From Candidatus Omnitrophota bacterium (lineage in GTDB: Bacteria > Omnitrophota > Gorgyraeia > Zapsychrales > Fredricksoniimonadaceae): a stretch of 64,000 nt of DNA. The number at the start of each line of letters is the position of its first letter. Within the stretch, counting starts at the first letter, position 1. Of the stretch, positions 50,220-59,726 are shown piece by piece. The notes beneath the pieces were generated by a model. That model saw only the letters and a program-made list of their open reading frames with translations, ran no database searches and was not told the DNA's origin. Where the stretch lies: contig JAGWOI010000010.1 in assembly GCA_028870995.1 (NCBI GenBank), positions 1,775-65,774 of the forward strand, given 5' to 3'. The translations under genes and the position numbers were made by a program.

Positions 50220-50564
50220 ATGTATAAACGACTTATTTTTTGTTTGATAGGAGGACTTAGCCTGGCGCTGCCGTGCCTGGCCCAAGATCAGCCTCTTGCG
50301 CCTATTGCCCCCAACACGATTGTCATCAAGAACCATCAATTCATCCCGCCGCAATTAACCGTCCCTGCCGGAAAAAAACTGGAAATCACCATCGATAATC
50401 AAGATCCCACTGCCGAAGAATTCGAAAGTTTTGACCTGGACCGCGAGCAGGTGGTGAGAGGGCATAAGCAGATCACGGTTTATATCGGCCCCTTAAAGCC
50501 CGGCAAATACGGCTACTGGGCGGATTATCATCAGGATTCCAAGGGCATCATTGTCGCTCAATAG
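50220..50564 (+). CDS. Cupredoxin domain protein (EfeO/FtrB-like)
   Basis: Signal peptide; F.P..L.VPAG; NQDPTAEEFESFDL.RE; LKPGKY. Confidence 0.9.
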   Translation: MYKRLIFCLIGGLSLALPCLAQDQPLAPIAPNTIVIKNHQFIPPQLTVPAGKKLEITIDNQDPTAEEFESFDLDREQVVRGHKQITVYIGPLKPGKYGYWADYHQDSKGIIVAQ

Positions 50565-50583
50565 ATTTTAGAAAGGCAATTAA

Positions 50584-51333
50584 GTGAAATTTAGAATCGC
50601 AGCAAGCATCGCCCTTATTTCTGCCGTTGTTTTAGTCCGTCCTGCTTTGGCCGAGAAGCTTGTCTATGAGCCTTACGCGGAAACCGGGGAGTGGGAATAT
50701 GAAAGCACGGGGCAGTATGATTTCGATCACGCGAAAAATAAGAATGCCGTTCAAGAATACAAAAACACGATCGGGTATGGCGTGAATAGTTTTTGGCATA
50801 CCGAGTTCGAAGTTGAGATGGAAAGGGAGCCGACTGATGAGGGCATTACCCGCTTTAGGGCGACCCATCTGGAATGGGAGAATATTTTTCAGCTGGCGCC
50901 CAAGGGAAAATACTGGGTCGATCCCGGCATTTACCTGGCCTATGAGGCTCCAATTAAAGGTAAGGAAGTGGGCCAGTTCGAGGCCAAGCTGCTGTTGGAA
51001 AAATCCATTGCTAAATTCACCAATGTTTTGAATATCAGTTTTAATCAGCAAGTCAGCCAAGGCGCTTCTCCTTATACGGATGCCGGCGCATCCTGGAGCA
51101 CCAGATACCGCCTGTCACCTTATTTCCAGCCCGGCTTTGAGTATTGGAATGATTTTAGTGAAATGAACAGCCATTTAACATATAATCTACAAAGCCATCA
51201 GGCCGGCCCTTGCTTTTATGGGCGTATAGGCCTTGGTAGGCGCCATCTTAAGTACAATATCGGTTATTTGTTCGGGATCTCCCAAGCGGCCCCTCAAGGG
51301 GAGTTGAAATGGGTCGTTGAGTACGAATTCTAA
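50584..51333 (+). CDS. Putative outer-membrane beta-barrel associated with Ftr-type metal uptake
   Basis: Signal peptide; GYGV..FW.TE; alternating strands; C-terminal EYEF Bam signal. Confidence 0.75.
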   Translation: MKFRIAASIALISAVVLVRPALAEKLVYEPYAETGEWEYESTGQYDFDHAKNKNAVQEYKNTIGYGVNSFWHTEFEVEMEREPTDEGITRFRATHLEWENIFQLAPKGKYWVDPGIYLAYEAPIKGKEVGQFEAKLLLEKSIAKFTNVLNISFNQQVSQGASPYTDAGASWSTRYRLSPYFQPGFEYWNDFSEMNSHLTYNLQSHQAGPCFYGRIGLGRRHLKYNIGYLFGISQAAPQGELKWVVEYEF

Positions 51334-51334
51334 T

Positions 51335-52531
51335 ATGATGAAACGTTTAAGACATAGGATGGGCCAGATCTTCCAAACCTGGGGCCCGGCGTGGCTGGTC
51401 ATGATCGCCGACGTGGATGCGGCCAGCGCCATCACCGCGGCCGACAGTGGGGCGCAGTACGGCACCAAGCTTGTCTGGTTTATCATGCTTTTGGTCATTC
51501 CTTTGTTTGTGATCCAGGAAGTGGCGGGGCGTGTGGGGGTTGTCACGGGCAAGGGCTTGGGAGAGCTCATCCGGGAGAATTACCAAAGGCGCGTTGCGGT
51601 GTTTTGCGCCATTCCCATGGCGTTGGTTGACATCATCAGCTATGTGGTTGAGTATACCGGTATCGCCATTGGTTTTCAGATGATGGGTGTTTCCAGGTTT
51701 ATCTCCGTGCCGCTGGCTTTTATGGCCCATGTGCTGGTGGTTTATAACAAAAAATACGCCGAAGCGGAAAAGCCGCTGCTCATTCTTTCTGTTCTTTTTT
51801 CAGCGGTATGGGTGGTTGCTGCGTTTTTGACCGCGCGCAACGGCATCGAAGTAACACCTTTCTATTTTTCCAAATCTCCTGATTTTATTTTCATGCTGGC
51901 GGCCAACATCGGCGCCGTTATCATGCCTTTCATGCTATTCTATCAAGTCTCCGCCACCGCCGAGAAGGGGACGCAGCGCAGCAGTGTCTGGGCCGTGCGG
52001 TTTGAAACCCTGGTGGGGGCTATCTTTTCCGAATTGATCATGGTGGCGATTGCGGTATCAGCCATCGGCATTAATGTGGACAATTTGAATTTCACTTCGC
52101 CCAAGGTGCTGTCTCAAAGCCTTTCGACTGTAGCCGGGCATTTTGCGCCGTATGTTTTCGGGGTGGGCCTTATCGCCGCCTCATTTATTGCACTTATTGT
52201 CATTTCGCTCGGCAGCTGCTGGGGCGTGACTGAGGCCGTCGGGTGGGGGAGAAAACATTGGTTTAAGGTATATCTTCTTGAGTCCATTCCAGCTGTCATC
52301 ATCCCGCTGTTTTCCTTTAATCTCATCAAACTTGCCCTTAACCTGATGGTGCTGCAGATCGTGGTCTTGATCGCTCCTGCCATTATATTAGGAATGCTCG
52401 CCTCGAATAAGAAGCTCATGGGCGACCTCGTCCTGAATCCCGCCAATAAGTTCGTGTACTGGACCTTCATCGTCTTGATCTTCGCCACCGGCATTATCAG
52501 CATGCTGCCCTTTTTTGGGGTGAAGTTGTAA
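51335..52531 (+). CDS. Nramp-related divalent cation transporter (non-DPGN clade)
   Basis: GPAWLVMIADVDAAS; GAQYG; QE...R.G.VTG.G; GAVIMPFM. Confidence 0.88.
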   Translation: MMKRLRHRMGQIFQTWGPAWLVMIADVDAASAITAADSGAQYGTKLVWFIMLLVIPLFVIQEVAGRVGVVTGKGLGELIRENYQRRVAVFCAIPMALVDIISYVVEYTGIAIGFQMMGVSRFISVPLAFMAHVLVVYNKKYAEAEKPLLILSVLFSAVWVVAAFLTARNGIEVTPFYFSKSPDFIFMLAANIGAVIMPFMLFYQVSATAEKGTQRSSVWAVRFETLVGAIFSELIMVAIAVSAIGINVDNLNFTSPKVLSQSLSTVAGHFAPYVFGVGLIAASFIALIVISLGSCWGVTEAVGWGRKHWFKVYLLESIPAVIIPLFSFNLIKLALNLMVLQIVVLIAPAIILGMLASNKKLMGDLVLNPANKFVYWTFIVLIFATGIISMLPFFGVKL

Positions 52532-52561
52532 AAACCCCAGAAATTTTTTTTGTTCTGACTA

Positions 52562-52613
52562 TTGATTATTAATCAAAATAATATTTGACAAATTATGAAA
52601 TGTGTGACATACT
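52562..52613 (+). promoter_or_regulatory. Promoter of the pilus operon with upstream palindrome
   Basis: TTGATTA-T-TAATCAA 52562-52576; TTGACA 52585; 17 bp spacer; TGn-CATACT 52608. Confidence 0.55.
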
Positions 52614-52658
52614 GCATCCGCTTCAAAAAATCCCCCCAGAAAAGTTTCGAGGCCAATC

Positions 52659-54473
52659 ATGAAAAAAATCTTTCTCTTTTTGCTGTTTGCCTGTTTTATG
52701 TCTTCAGCAAGGGCAGAAATCAAAGATTACGTTTATGACGGTAAGGAAATTTATCTACACGTCAAAAGAGACCATGTGACAACGGTAGTCTTTCCTGAAC
52801 CTGTTACCAGCGTAGTCAGGGGATTCGGCGCCGACACCTACGTTGTTCGGCATAACGATAAGAATCCCAATGTGTTGGAATTGATGCCAACGGCCAATGA
52901 AGTGGCCGAGATGACGGTAAGCGGCATGTCTGGAGAGGACTACGTCTTAAGATGTGTGGCCAATGACAATTTTTATACAAAGATGGTTATCCAAAGGCTT
53001 GCGGTGTCTGTGGGGAAGGATGAGGATAAGGTCATTGCCGTTAAGATGGATACCTTGCCAGAATCAACGGTAGAAAGAAAGGAAACTCATTCTAAGGTTC
53101 CTACGGAAAAAATCATTTTAGCGCCGGTGAGCGTCCTGCCTCCGCAACTGAACGCGAAGATCACACTGAAAGGTAATGACTTGCCTCTTAAAATTTATTT
53201 CTCCACCATCTCCCAAGTTACCGGTTACAACATTATCACTTCTTCTGATATCGATTCCCAAAAGACCTCCATAAATCTCGAGAACATCGAGGTTTGGAGG
53301 GCCTTAAAAAGCCTGCTTTATAAATTTGGATATGGTTTCAAAGTCTCGCAAGACGATTTGATTATCACTGAGACGGAGACCAGGATTTTTAATATCAATA
53401 TGCCGGCCGTGGACCAATCTTTTACTGATGAGACCTCCAATCAATCTTACACAAGCAGCGAAAATAATAATTATGCGGGATCCACCAATCAAAATAACCA
53501 AGATATTAAGGTAGGAACAAAGATTTATTACGAGAATGCTTCCCCTAAACTTTCTTTATGGAGCGACCTGGAAAACAACATTAAATCCCTGATCACGCCA
53601 AAAATTGGAAGTTATTCCATAAATAAAGTAAGCGGTTCAATCATTGTTACGGACAAGCCTGCTGTTTTAGACAAAATAAACGAGCTTGTTTCCACCATTA
53701 ATGAGAATTTGGGGAGGCAGCAGAGCTTTGAAATACAAATCATCGAGGTGACCCTTTCTGCCAATCACGAGTCCGGTATTGATTGGAATGTCATTGGCAG
53801 GAGTTTGGCAGGCTTGAACAACATTACGGCTTCCACAAACTTCAACGCCTCGGGATTCTTGAGCGGACAATTATTGACTTTGTCAGCCACCGGACCTGAT
53901 GCCGGGAGCGGGACAAGCAGGGGGGGTGTGTCCTTGATGCTCAAGGCTCTCGATGCCATGGGGAACGTCAATGTTATAAGTAAGCCGTCGATCACCGTGT
54001 CAAATATGTTCCCCGCTGTTATACAAGAAGTGACCAGTATCCCTTATATAAGCGGGACTGGACAGACTATAGGCAATAACATCGCCCAATCCAATGTCGT
54101 CACCTCCCAGGTTTCCGATGGTCTCACCATGAGATTAGAGGCTAAGATTGAAGATAAAAAAACTGTCTTGAACATATCTGCCGCCTTAAACACCCTTGAT
54201 TCCTTGATCAATGTGCCCGCTGGTAACGGCTTAACCATCCAAGAACCCCAGGTATCAACTAAAAGCATCACCACCAATGTGGGCATAGAGCCCGGGAAAA
54301 CCTTGATTCTTGGGGGGCTTATCAGTGGTACGAGAAAAAATTCCAGGCAGGGGGTACCCTTTCTGGATCGAATTCCTGTTTTGGGTAATATTTTTCAGTT
54401 TCAATCAAAATCCAATCAAAGAACAGAGCTGGTCATCTTAATCACCCCTAAAAATATCATCAAAAATATATGA
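52659..54473 (+). CDS. Secretin (PilN/MshL-like) with an extra N-terminal VirB9/TrbG-like domain
   Basis: Signal peptide; STN-like region; TRIF.I; W..LE..I..L; G.I.VTD.P; IIEV.L....SGIDW; GGLI; GVPFL..IP.LG.IF; RTELVILITP. Confidence 0.9.
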   Translation: MKKIFLFLLFACFMSSARAEIKDYVYDGKEIYLHVKRDHVTTVVFPEPVTSVVRGFGADTYVVRHNDKNPNVLELMPTANEVAEMTVSGMSGEDYVLRCVANDNFYTKMVIQRLAVSVGKDEDKVIAVKMDTLPESTVERKETHSKVPTEKIILAPVSVLPPQLNAKITLKGNDLPLKIYFSTISQVTGYNIITSSDIDSQKTSINLENIEVWRALKSLLYKFGYGFKVSQDDLIITETETRIFNINMPAVDQSFTDETSNQSYTSSENNNYAGSTNQNNQDIKVGTKIYYENASPKLSLWSDLENNIKSLITPKIGSYSINKVSGSIIVTDKPAVLDKINELVSTINENLGRQQSFEIQIIEVTLSANHESGIDWNVIGRSLAGLNNITASTNFNASGFLSGQLLTLSATGPDAGSGTSRGGVSLMLKALDAMGNVNVISKPSITVSNMFPAVIQEVTSIPYISGTGQTIGNNIAQSNVVTSQVSDGLTMRLEAKIEDKKTVLNISAALNTLDSLINVPAGNGLTIQEPQVSTKSITTNVGIEPGKTLILGGLISGTRKNSRQGVPFLDRIPVLGNIFQFQSKSNQRTELVILITPKNIIKNI

Positions 54474-55654
54474 GTTATTTATTATTCAATAATGACGTTT
54501 ACCTAAGCGATGGCAACAGAATGAACAAGGTCAAAAAGGAAGCAGGCTCCTTCCGCCAACTGTCTGAAGCCCACCTCTGCGTTGTCGATGCTGATATCCT
54601 TATTGCTTCGGCCTCTGAGAATGCCTTAGATAAAAAGGACAGTATTCTTGCCAAGAAATTCAGCGACAGCTATCAAGGTGAATACATCCTTCAAGATGAA
54701 AGAATAGATAACAATATTTTTCAGGTCATCGGCATAAAGACTGATAAGGTCAGAGAGGTTTATTCTTTATTATCTCATGATAAAATTGTCACCTTTGTGC
54801 CTTATGCCGTTGCTGCACGTAAACTGCTTTCCCAGCAGAGGTTCCCTGCGAATAAGGTGCTTGTTTTGCTTGATGACCTAGGTAGCGAAAAACTCATCAC
54901 TGTCTTTAAAGGCCTTAAATTCAGCCGGACACGGACGATAGTTCATGATAAGCCCGAGCAAATCCTGCCTGAAATTAAACGTTCGGTCATCAATTTCGAG
55001 AAGAAATTAGCTGAGCAGAAGGATAAAAATATAGAAGGATTAATCATTGTCACCAACAACAAAATCCTTGGAACGGAATTCAAGGAGATTGAAAAGGATT
55101 TGTCAGTGGAGATTGTCGATAGTGTTTGTTTCGGCTTGGAAGGCTTGAGGGCCGGAGGCTTTGTCCTCAAATATATCCTTCCTGAAGAAATTATCAAAAG
55201 GCGAAGAAGGCAGGAATCGCGGCAAAGAATGCAAAACCTTATCATATCTGTATCGCTTCTTGTTCCCGGCACGTTGTTCTTTTTTTACAATCGTGTCGCT
55301 TTAGGGGCGGCGCGGAACGCTTTCAAACAGGAAGAAGGACGTCAATGGGAGCTTGAAGAGGAATTAAACAAGCTCGATCCGTTCATTTACCGAAATATGC
55401 TTGAACGGCAAAAAAAGATCAACTATGCCCTTTATTTTTTAAATACCGTTAATTCACTGCCGGTCAGTTATGAAGTACATTCCTTTAGTTTTGAAAGGAG
55501 GGAGGATGGCCGTTTCGACTTAGAGGAGTACCTTTACTCACAACAGGATGGCTTGTTCGACCCTATTGTCCCCATCGGCCCTTTAAAAAGAGCCCGGATC
55601 AATGATTTCCTGGCACATAACAGAGCAGGAAAATATTTGAGGATAGAGTTATGA
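54470..55654 (+). CDS. PilM/PilN-like (GspL-like) alignment protein
   Basis: Cytoplasmic actin-like pattern (LLDD.G..KLITVF.G..FSR), then TM and coiled coil; position in operon. Confidence 0.55.
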   Translation: MSYLLFNNDVYLSDGNRMNKVKKEAGSFRQLSEAHLCVVDADILIASASENALDKKDSILAKKFSDSYQGEYILQDERIDNNIFQVIGIKTDKVREVYSLLSHDKIVTFVPYAVAARKLLSQQRFPANKVLVLLDDLGSEKLITVFKGLKFSRTRTIVHDKPEQILPEIKRSVINFEKKLAEQKDKNIEGLIIVTNNKILGTEFKEIEKDLSVEIVDSVCFGLEGLRAGGFVLKYILPEEIIKRRRRQESRQRMQNLIISVSLLVPGTLFFFYNRVALGAARNAFKQEEGRQWELEEELNKLDPFIYRNMLERQKKINYALYFLNTVNSLPVSYEVHSFSFERREDGRFDLEEYLYSQQDGLFDPIVPIGPLKRARINDFLAHNRAGKYLRIEL

Positions 55655-56145
55655 ACAAAATGATGATTTTGGGCTCTTTTATTGTATCAATTTTGTTGAT
55701 TAATTCCGGTTTCGTATGCAGGAGCCAGGCCGAAAGTTTGGATAAACAAAAAGATCAACTTGACCGGGTTGTTAACGTCATGAGGCAAGAGTTAAGGGCA
55801 AAACGACAATGTGTCCCTACAGTTCCCGTTAATATTGGCGAATCTTTTAATTCATTTGTCAATTTTATGCGTATGCTGAAGAGTTATGACGGCATCGACA
55901 TGATGCTTGAGTTCGCTGTCAAGAATGGAAAAAACAGCCTCGAAGAACACTTGATTGATTCCGGTTTTAGAAATGTCAAGGCTCTGCCGGTTATCTTAAG
56001 AATCAATAAATCTTCTTTTCCGGCAGATCCGGCCTTTTTTCTAAATGATATTTATTTTTTAGAAAATCAGACCGATTTTAAGGTTGATGCAATTATTGCA
56101 GAAGATGGCTCTTGGATGATCAAAGGAGAGATCTATGGAATTTAA
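55651..56145 (+). CDS. PilO-like protein
   Basis: N-terminal TM, coiled coil, small alpha/beta domain; position in operon. Confidence 0.45.
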   Translation: MNKMMILGSFIVSILLINSGFVCRSQAESLDKQKDQLDRVVNVMRQELRAKRQCVPTVPVNIGESFNSFVNFMRMLKSYDGIDMMLEFAVKNGKNSLEEHLIDSGFRNVKALPVILRINKSSFPADPAFFLNDIYFLENQTDFKVDAIIAEDGSWMIKGEIYGI

Positions 56146-56721
56146 CGGCTTTAATATTAGAACAATCATCATCACCGTTGTAGCTGCCTGTCTGATGTGT
56201 CTCTTGACGGTCAGGATTCCTCATCAGAATGTCAATGCCTCGACAGGACCAATAACACCGACAATCATTCATGAAAACCATATCCCAATCGTGACCCAAC
56301 CGCAAGGGGGCGGTGATGTTGACCGTGATGGACAGATGAAAAGAATGAAAGAAGAGATGAGCATGGATAGACAGCAGTTAAGACGTATAAGGGTTCTTAA
56401 AATGAAGCGTGAAGAGACAGACCTGGAATTGGAAGAGCAAAAAGCATTGTCGGAGCTTAACAAACTTAAAATGGATAATCTTGCCTTGGATAATGGTGCC
56501 AATCCTGCGGATTCGTCCAACGTCAACATCAGGATAGAGTATTTGGGGGGGGCGGCAAACACCGGGAAGCTATTTTAGCCGTCAATGGGGTGGATTATAC
56601 GGTTAAGAAAAAAGACAAAGTCTTAAAGAATATGGAAGTTGAGTCCATTACCGATAATGAAGTCACCATTCATTTTTTGGAACCAAATTCAATGGTTACC
56701 TATCAATTTAAGTCTCAATAA
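56135..56721 (+). pseudogene. PilP-like protein frameshifted in a G8 tract (56545-56552)
   Basis: ORF stops at 56578, but the -1 frame continues GGKHREAILAVNGVDYTVKKKDKVLKNMEVESITDNEVTI..., a PilP/GspC-like beta domain, to TAA 56721. Confidence 0.8.
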
Positions 56722-56763
56722 TGGCCGATTTCTAAAGGCATTAGAAAGTCTGATCTCTGAATC

Positions 56764-56794
56764 AGTGGAAAAGAAAGTGGAAAAGAAAGTGGAA
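56764..56794 (+). repeat. 12-bp tandem repeat, about 2.6 copies
   Basis: agtggaaaagaa agtggaaaagaa agtggaa. Confidence 0.85.
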
Positions 56795-56801
56795 TATAAG
56801 G

Positions 56802-58436
56802 ATGGCTAAATTCGGTGAATTACTTATTGTAGAAAATTTAATAACACAAGAAGAGCTTAATCTCTGCTTGCAGGCCCAAGGGTTAAACCGCCATGAGCGT
56901 ATAGGAGCAATTTTAAAGCATTATAATTTTATCGATGATTTAAAGATCGCAGAATTGATTGCACGGGAAATCGGCTGGGAATTTTTTACTGGAGAATATG
57001 TGCCTGATTATTCAGCCGTCAAGAGTATGGGTTTTGAGTTCTTTAATAAAAACCAAATTTTTCCTGTTAAGGACGGGCCTAGGACGATATTTGTGGTCTC
57101 TTATATAGATAATGTCGATGTCACAGATCATTTAAAGGTGGCCTTGGCCCTCGATACAGAGGATAAAGATTCATTCGCCATCGGTAGTGAGAAGGAGGTC
57201 CGCCTAGCCCTGGAACTTTTAGCGCTGGAAGAGAATCGCAGGAATATAAACACGCCTTCCTTAGAAATCAGTGGGAACGATGAGGACAAGGTAACGACAT
57301 GGTTTGACCAAATCATCAAGCAGGCCGTTATCACTCATTCGACTGATATTCATATCGAACCTGCCCTTAAAGTCACTGAGGTCAGGTTCCGGATCGATGG
57401 TATTCTTAAATTCATCTGTTGTGTGAAGAAAGAGCATATTCACGCCATTGCCAACATCATTTTAAACCGTTGCCATGCCAACCCTGGGGAGTATAGATTT
57501 CAAGAAGGTGGCTTCCGCTATCAATGCCAAGATACCGGGAAAGATTATGATATCCGTTTCTCCCAGGTACCGAGCGCCTACGGGCCTGCCATTGTTTTAA
57601 GACTTCACGACAAGGTCATGGCATCGATTCCCTTGGAAAGATTGGGGTATTCGGAGTCTAATTGGAAGCTCATCAAAGAAATGCTTAAAAAACCCTACGG
57701 CATCATTTTGGTGACTGGTCCTACAGGCTGCGGCAAATCGACAACCCTCTACGGCATGCTCAATCATATTAAAAGTATCGGAAAAAAGATTTTGACCGTT
57801 GAGGATCCGATAGAGATCAATCATACCCTGATGACCCAGTTACAGATAAATCACGCCCAGGAGGTTACTTTTGCCAGGGCCATACGTGCTTTTTTGCGTC
57901 ATGATCCGGACATCATTCTGGTCGGTGAGATCCGCGATCAGGAAACAGCCCGGGAAGCAGTCCGGGCTTCCATCACAGGTCATCAGGTCTTTTCGACCCT
58001 TCACACCAATGGCCCGCTGGAGGCCATCTTAAGACTTAATGATTTGGGCATTGAACCTTTTAATATCGCCAGTTCCTTATTAGCTGTTGTGGCACAGAGG
58101 TTGGTGAGAAAACTTTGCAGATATTGTAAGAGAGATGTTTGCATTCAAAAAGAAAGTTTGGAAACTTATGAAGTTAAATATTTAATGGAAGAGGCTCAGG
58201 TTATATGCAAGCCAAGAGGCTGCGAGAAATGTCATGAAGGCTACCGGGACAGAACAGTGGTGGCGGAAGTCGTGGTTATTGACGAAGAGATTAAAAGTTT
58301 GATTGGTAGAGGACAATTGGGAGAAATTTCGCAATTGTTAAGGGAAAAAGGTCATCAGTCTATGGTCGATGAAGCGGCTCGTTTGGTCAACCAGGGTGTA
58401 ACGTCTTTAGAAGAGGTTGTGAGGGTTTTGGGGTAG
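56802..58436 (+). CDS. GspE/PilB family assembly ATPase
   Basis: MshEN-like N-terminus (FGELL..., RIGAIL); STDIHIEP; RFRIDG; GPTGCGKST; EDPIE; LRHDPD...GEIRD; STLHTN; tetra-Cys motif. Confidence 0.96.
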   Translation: MAKFGELLIVENLITQEELNLCLQAQGLNRHERIGAILKHYNFIDDLKIAELIAREIGWEFFTGEYVPDYSAVKSMGFEFFNKNQIFPVKDGPRTIFVVSYIDNVDVTDHLKVALALDTEDKDSFAIGSEKEVRLALELLALEENRRNINTPSLEISGNDEDKVTTWFDQIIKQAVITHSTDIHIEPALKVTEVRFRIDGILKFICCVKKEHIHAIANIILNRCHANPGEYRFQEGGFRYQCQDTGKDYDIRFSQVPSAYGPAIVLRLHDKVMASIPLERLGYSESNWKLIKEMLKKPYGIILVTGPTGCGKSTTLYGMLNHIKSIGKKILTVEDPIEINHTLMTQLQINHAQEVTFARAIRAFLRHDPDIILVGEIRDQETAREAVRASITGHQVFSTLHTNGPLEAILRLNDLGIEPFNIASSLLAVVAQRLVRKLCRYCKRDVCIQKESLETYEVKYLMEEAQVICKPRGCEKCHEGYRDRTVVAEVVVIDEEIKSLIGRGQLGEISQLLREKGHQSMVDEAARLVNQGVTSLEEVVRVLG

Positions 58437-58509
58437 ACCGCATATCTAATAAGGAATTGAGGAAGCGGCACGGAACTGGAAATAAGATTTATTAATTTTA
58501 AGGTGGGCT

Positions 58510-59706
58510 ATGTATTGGAGAGCCGAAGTTCTCACAAAAACAGGGAAGGAACTAAGTCTTCATTTAGAGGGTCCCAAGGACCATGTGCTGGCCGACCTAC
58601 AGATGGGTGATTTGACCGTCATCACCATGACCCCTGATATGGTCATGGCATTGAAAAAGATATGCACCAAAGGGCTGATCCCAAGTTCTACATTAGGCCC
58701 TTTTTTTATCGATTTCTCAAGAATGCTTCAAAGCGGCTTGTCTATCAATGAAACTGCCAGGACGCTTGGCGAAACGACCGCGGACCTTCAAATAAAGACT
58801 GCGTTGAAAAGCCTGCTCGTTTCTCTCAATGATGGCCATTCATTAAAGACTGCCTTTGAAAACACCAAGGTTTTCCCCCACATAGTCCCTATGCTTTTGG
58901 ATGCCGCTGAAAGAAGCGGTCAAATCCCGGAGGTTTCAAAGAAAATAGGTGAATATTTTGAATATTTAAACGAGAACACGAACAAAGTTATCGGTTCTTT
59001 CATTTATCCGATCGCCGTCTTTATTGTGTTGACCGTTGCTTCTATTGTTGTTTCCATGAATTTGATCCCTCAACTGGGTTTCCTTTTGTCCGACGATCAA
59101 AAGCACAGCGTATCAATGAAAATACTGACCGGGTATGCATAGTTTATGAAAAATAATTGGCGGATGTTGATCCTCGGTTTTCCAGTTTTGGCTGCCGGTC
59201 TCACATATGCATGGCGTTTGCAAAAAGACGGATTCTTGGAATACGTTTTCAATATACCCATAGTAGGCAATATGTTTAAAGAAATAGAATTTACCCATCT
59301 ATTTTTAAAGTTGTTCATTTATATAAAAAGCGGAATCAGCATCACAGAGGCTCTTTCCCACATCCAATCGACACAGAAGACCTTCGTGACAAATAAGCTT
59401 GTGGGAATTAAGAACCGAATCAATAGCGGCCACTCATTGGGAGAAGCCTTTGAGAAAGACGGATTTTTCCCTCCATTTCTTTGTCAAAGCTTGAAGAAAG
59501 CCGATGAGACAGGAAAAAGAACGGAATATTTTTATGAGATTTATAAATATTACGATTCAAAGTCCAAAGCATCCGTCCAGGCCATGATCAAGCTTATAAA
59601 CCCACTTTTAATGAGTTTGGCATTTGCCTTTGCCGGCTTCATCGCCTCTTTCTATGTTCTTATTTATAGAAATATGGCCGTCATGAGTTCAAGTTTGTAC
59701 AGTTAA
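58510..59706 (+). pseudogene. GspF/PilC platform protein split by an in-frame TAG (59140-59142)
   Basis: Two T2SSF repeats (SGLSI..., AERSG; SGISI..., DETG, INP) in one frame; read-through gives 398 aa. Confidence 0.88.
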
Positions 59707-59726
59707 CCGTTCAAAAGGAGGATAAG

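Noticed and set aside
59140-59142. Amber recoding (pyrrolysine or alternative genetic code)
   Set aside because: TAG ends several clearly complete genes in the window (dipZ, mlaD, pilB), and no pyl genes are present.
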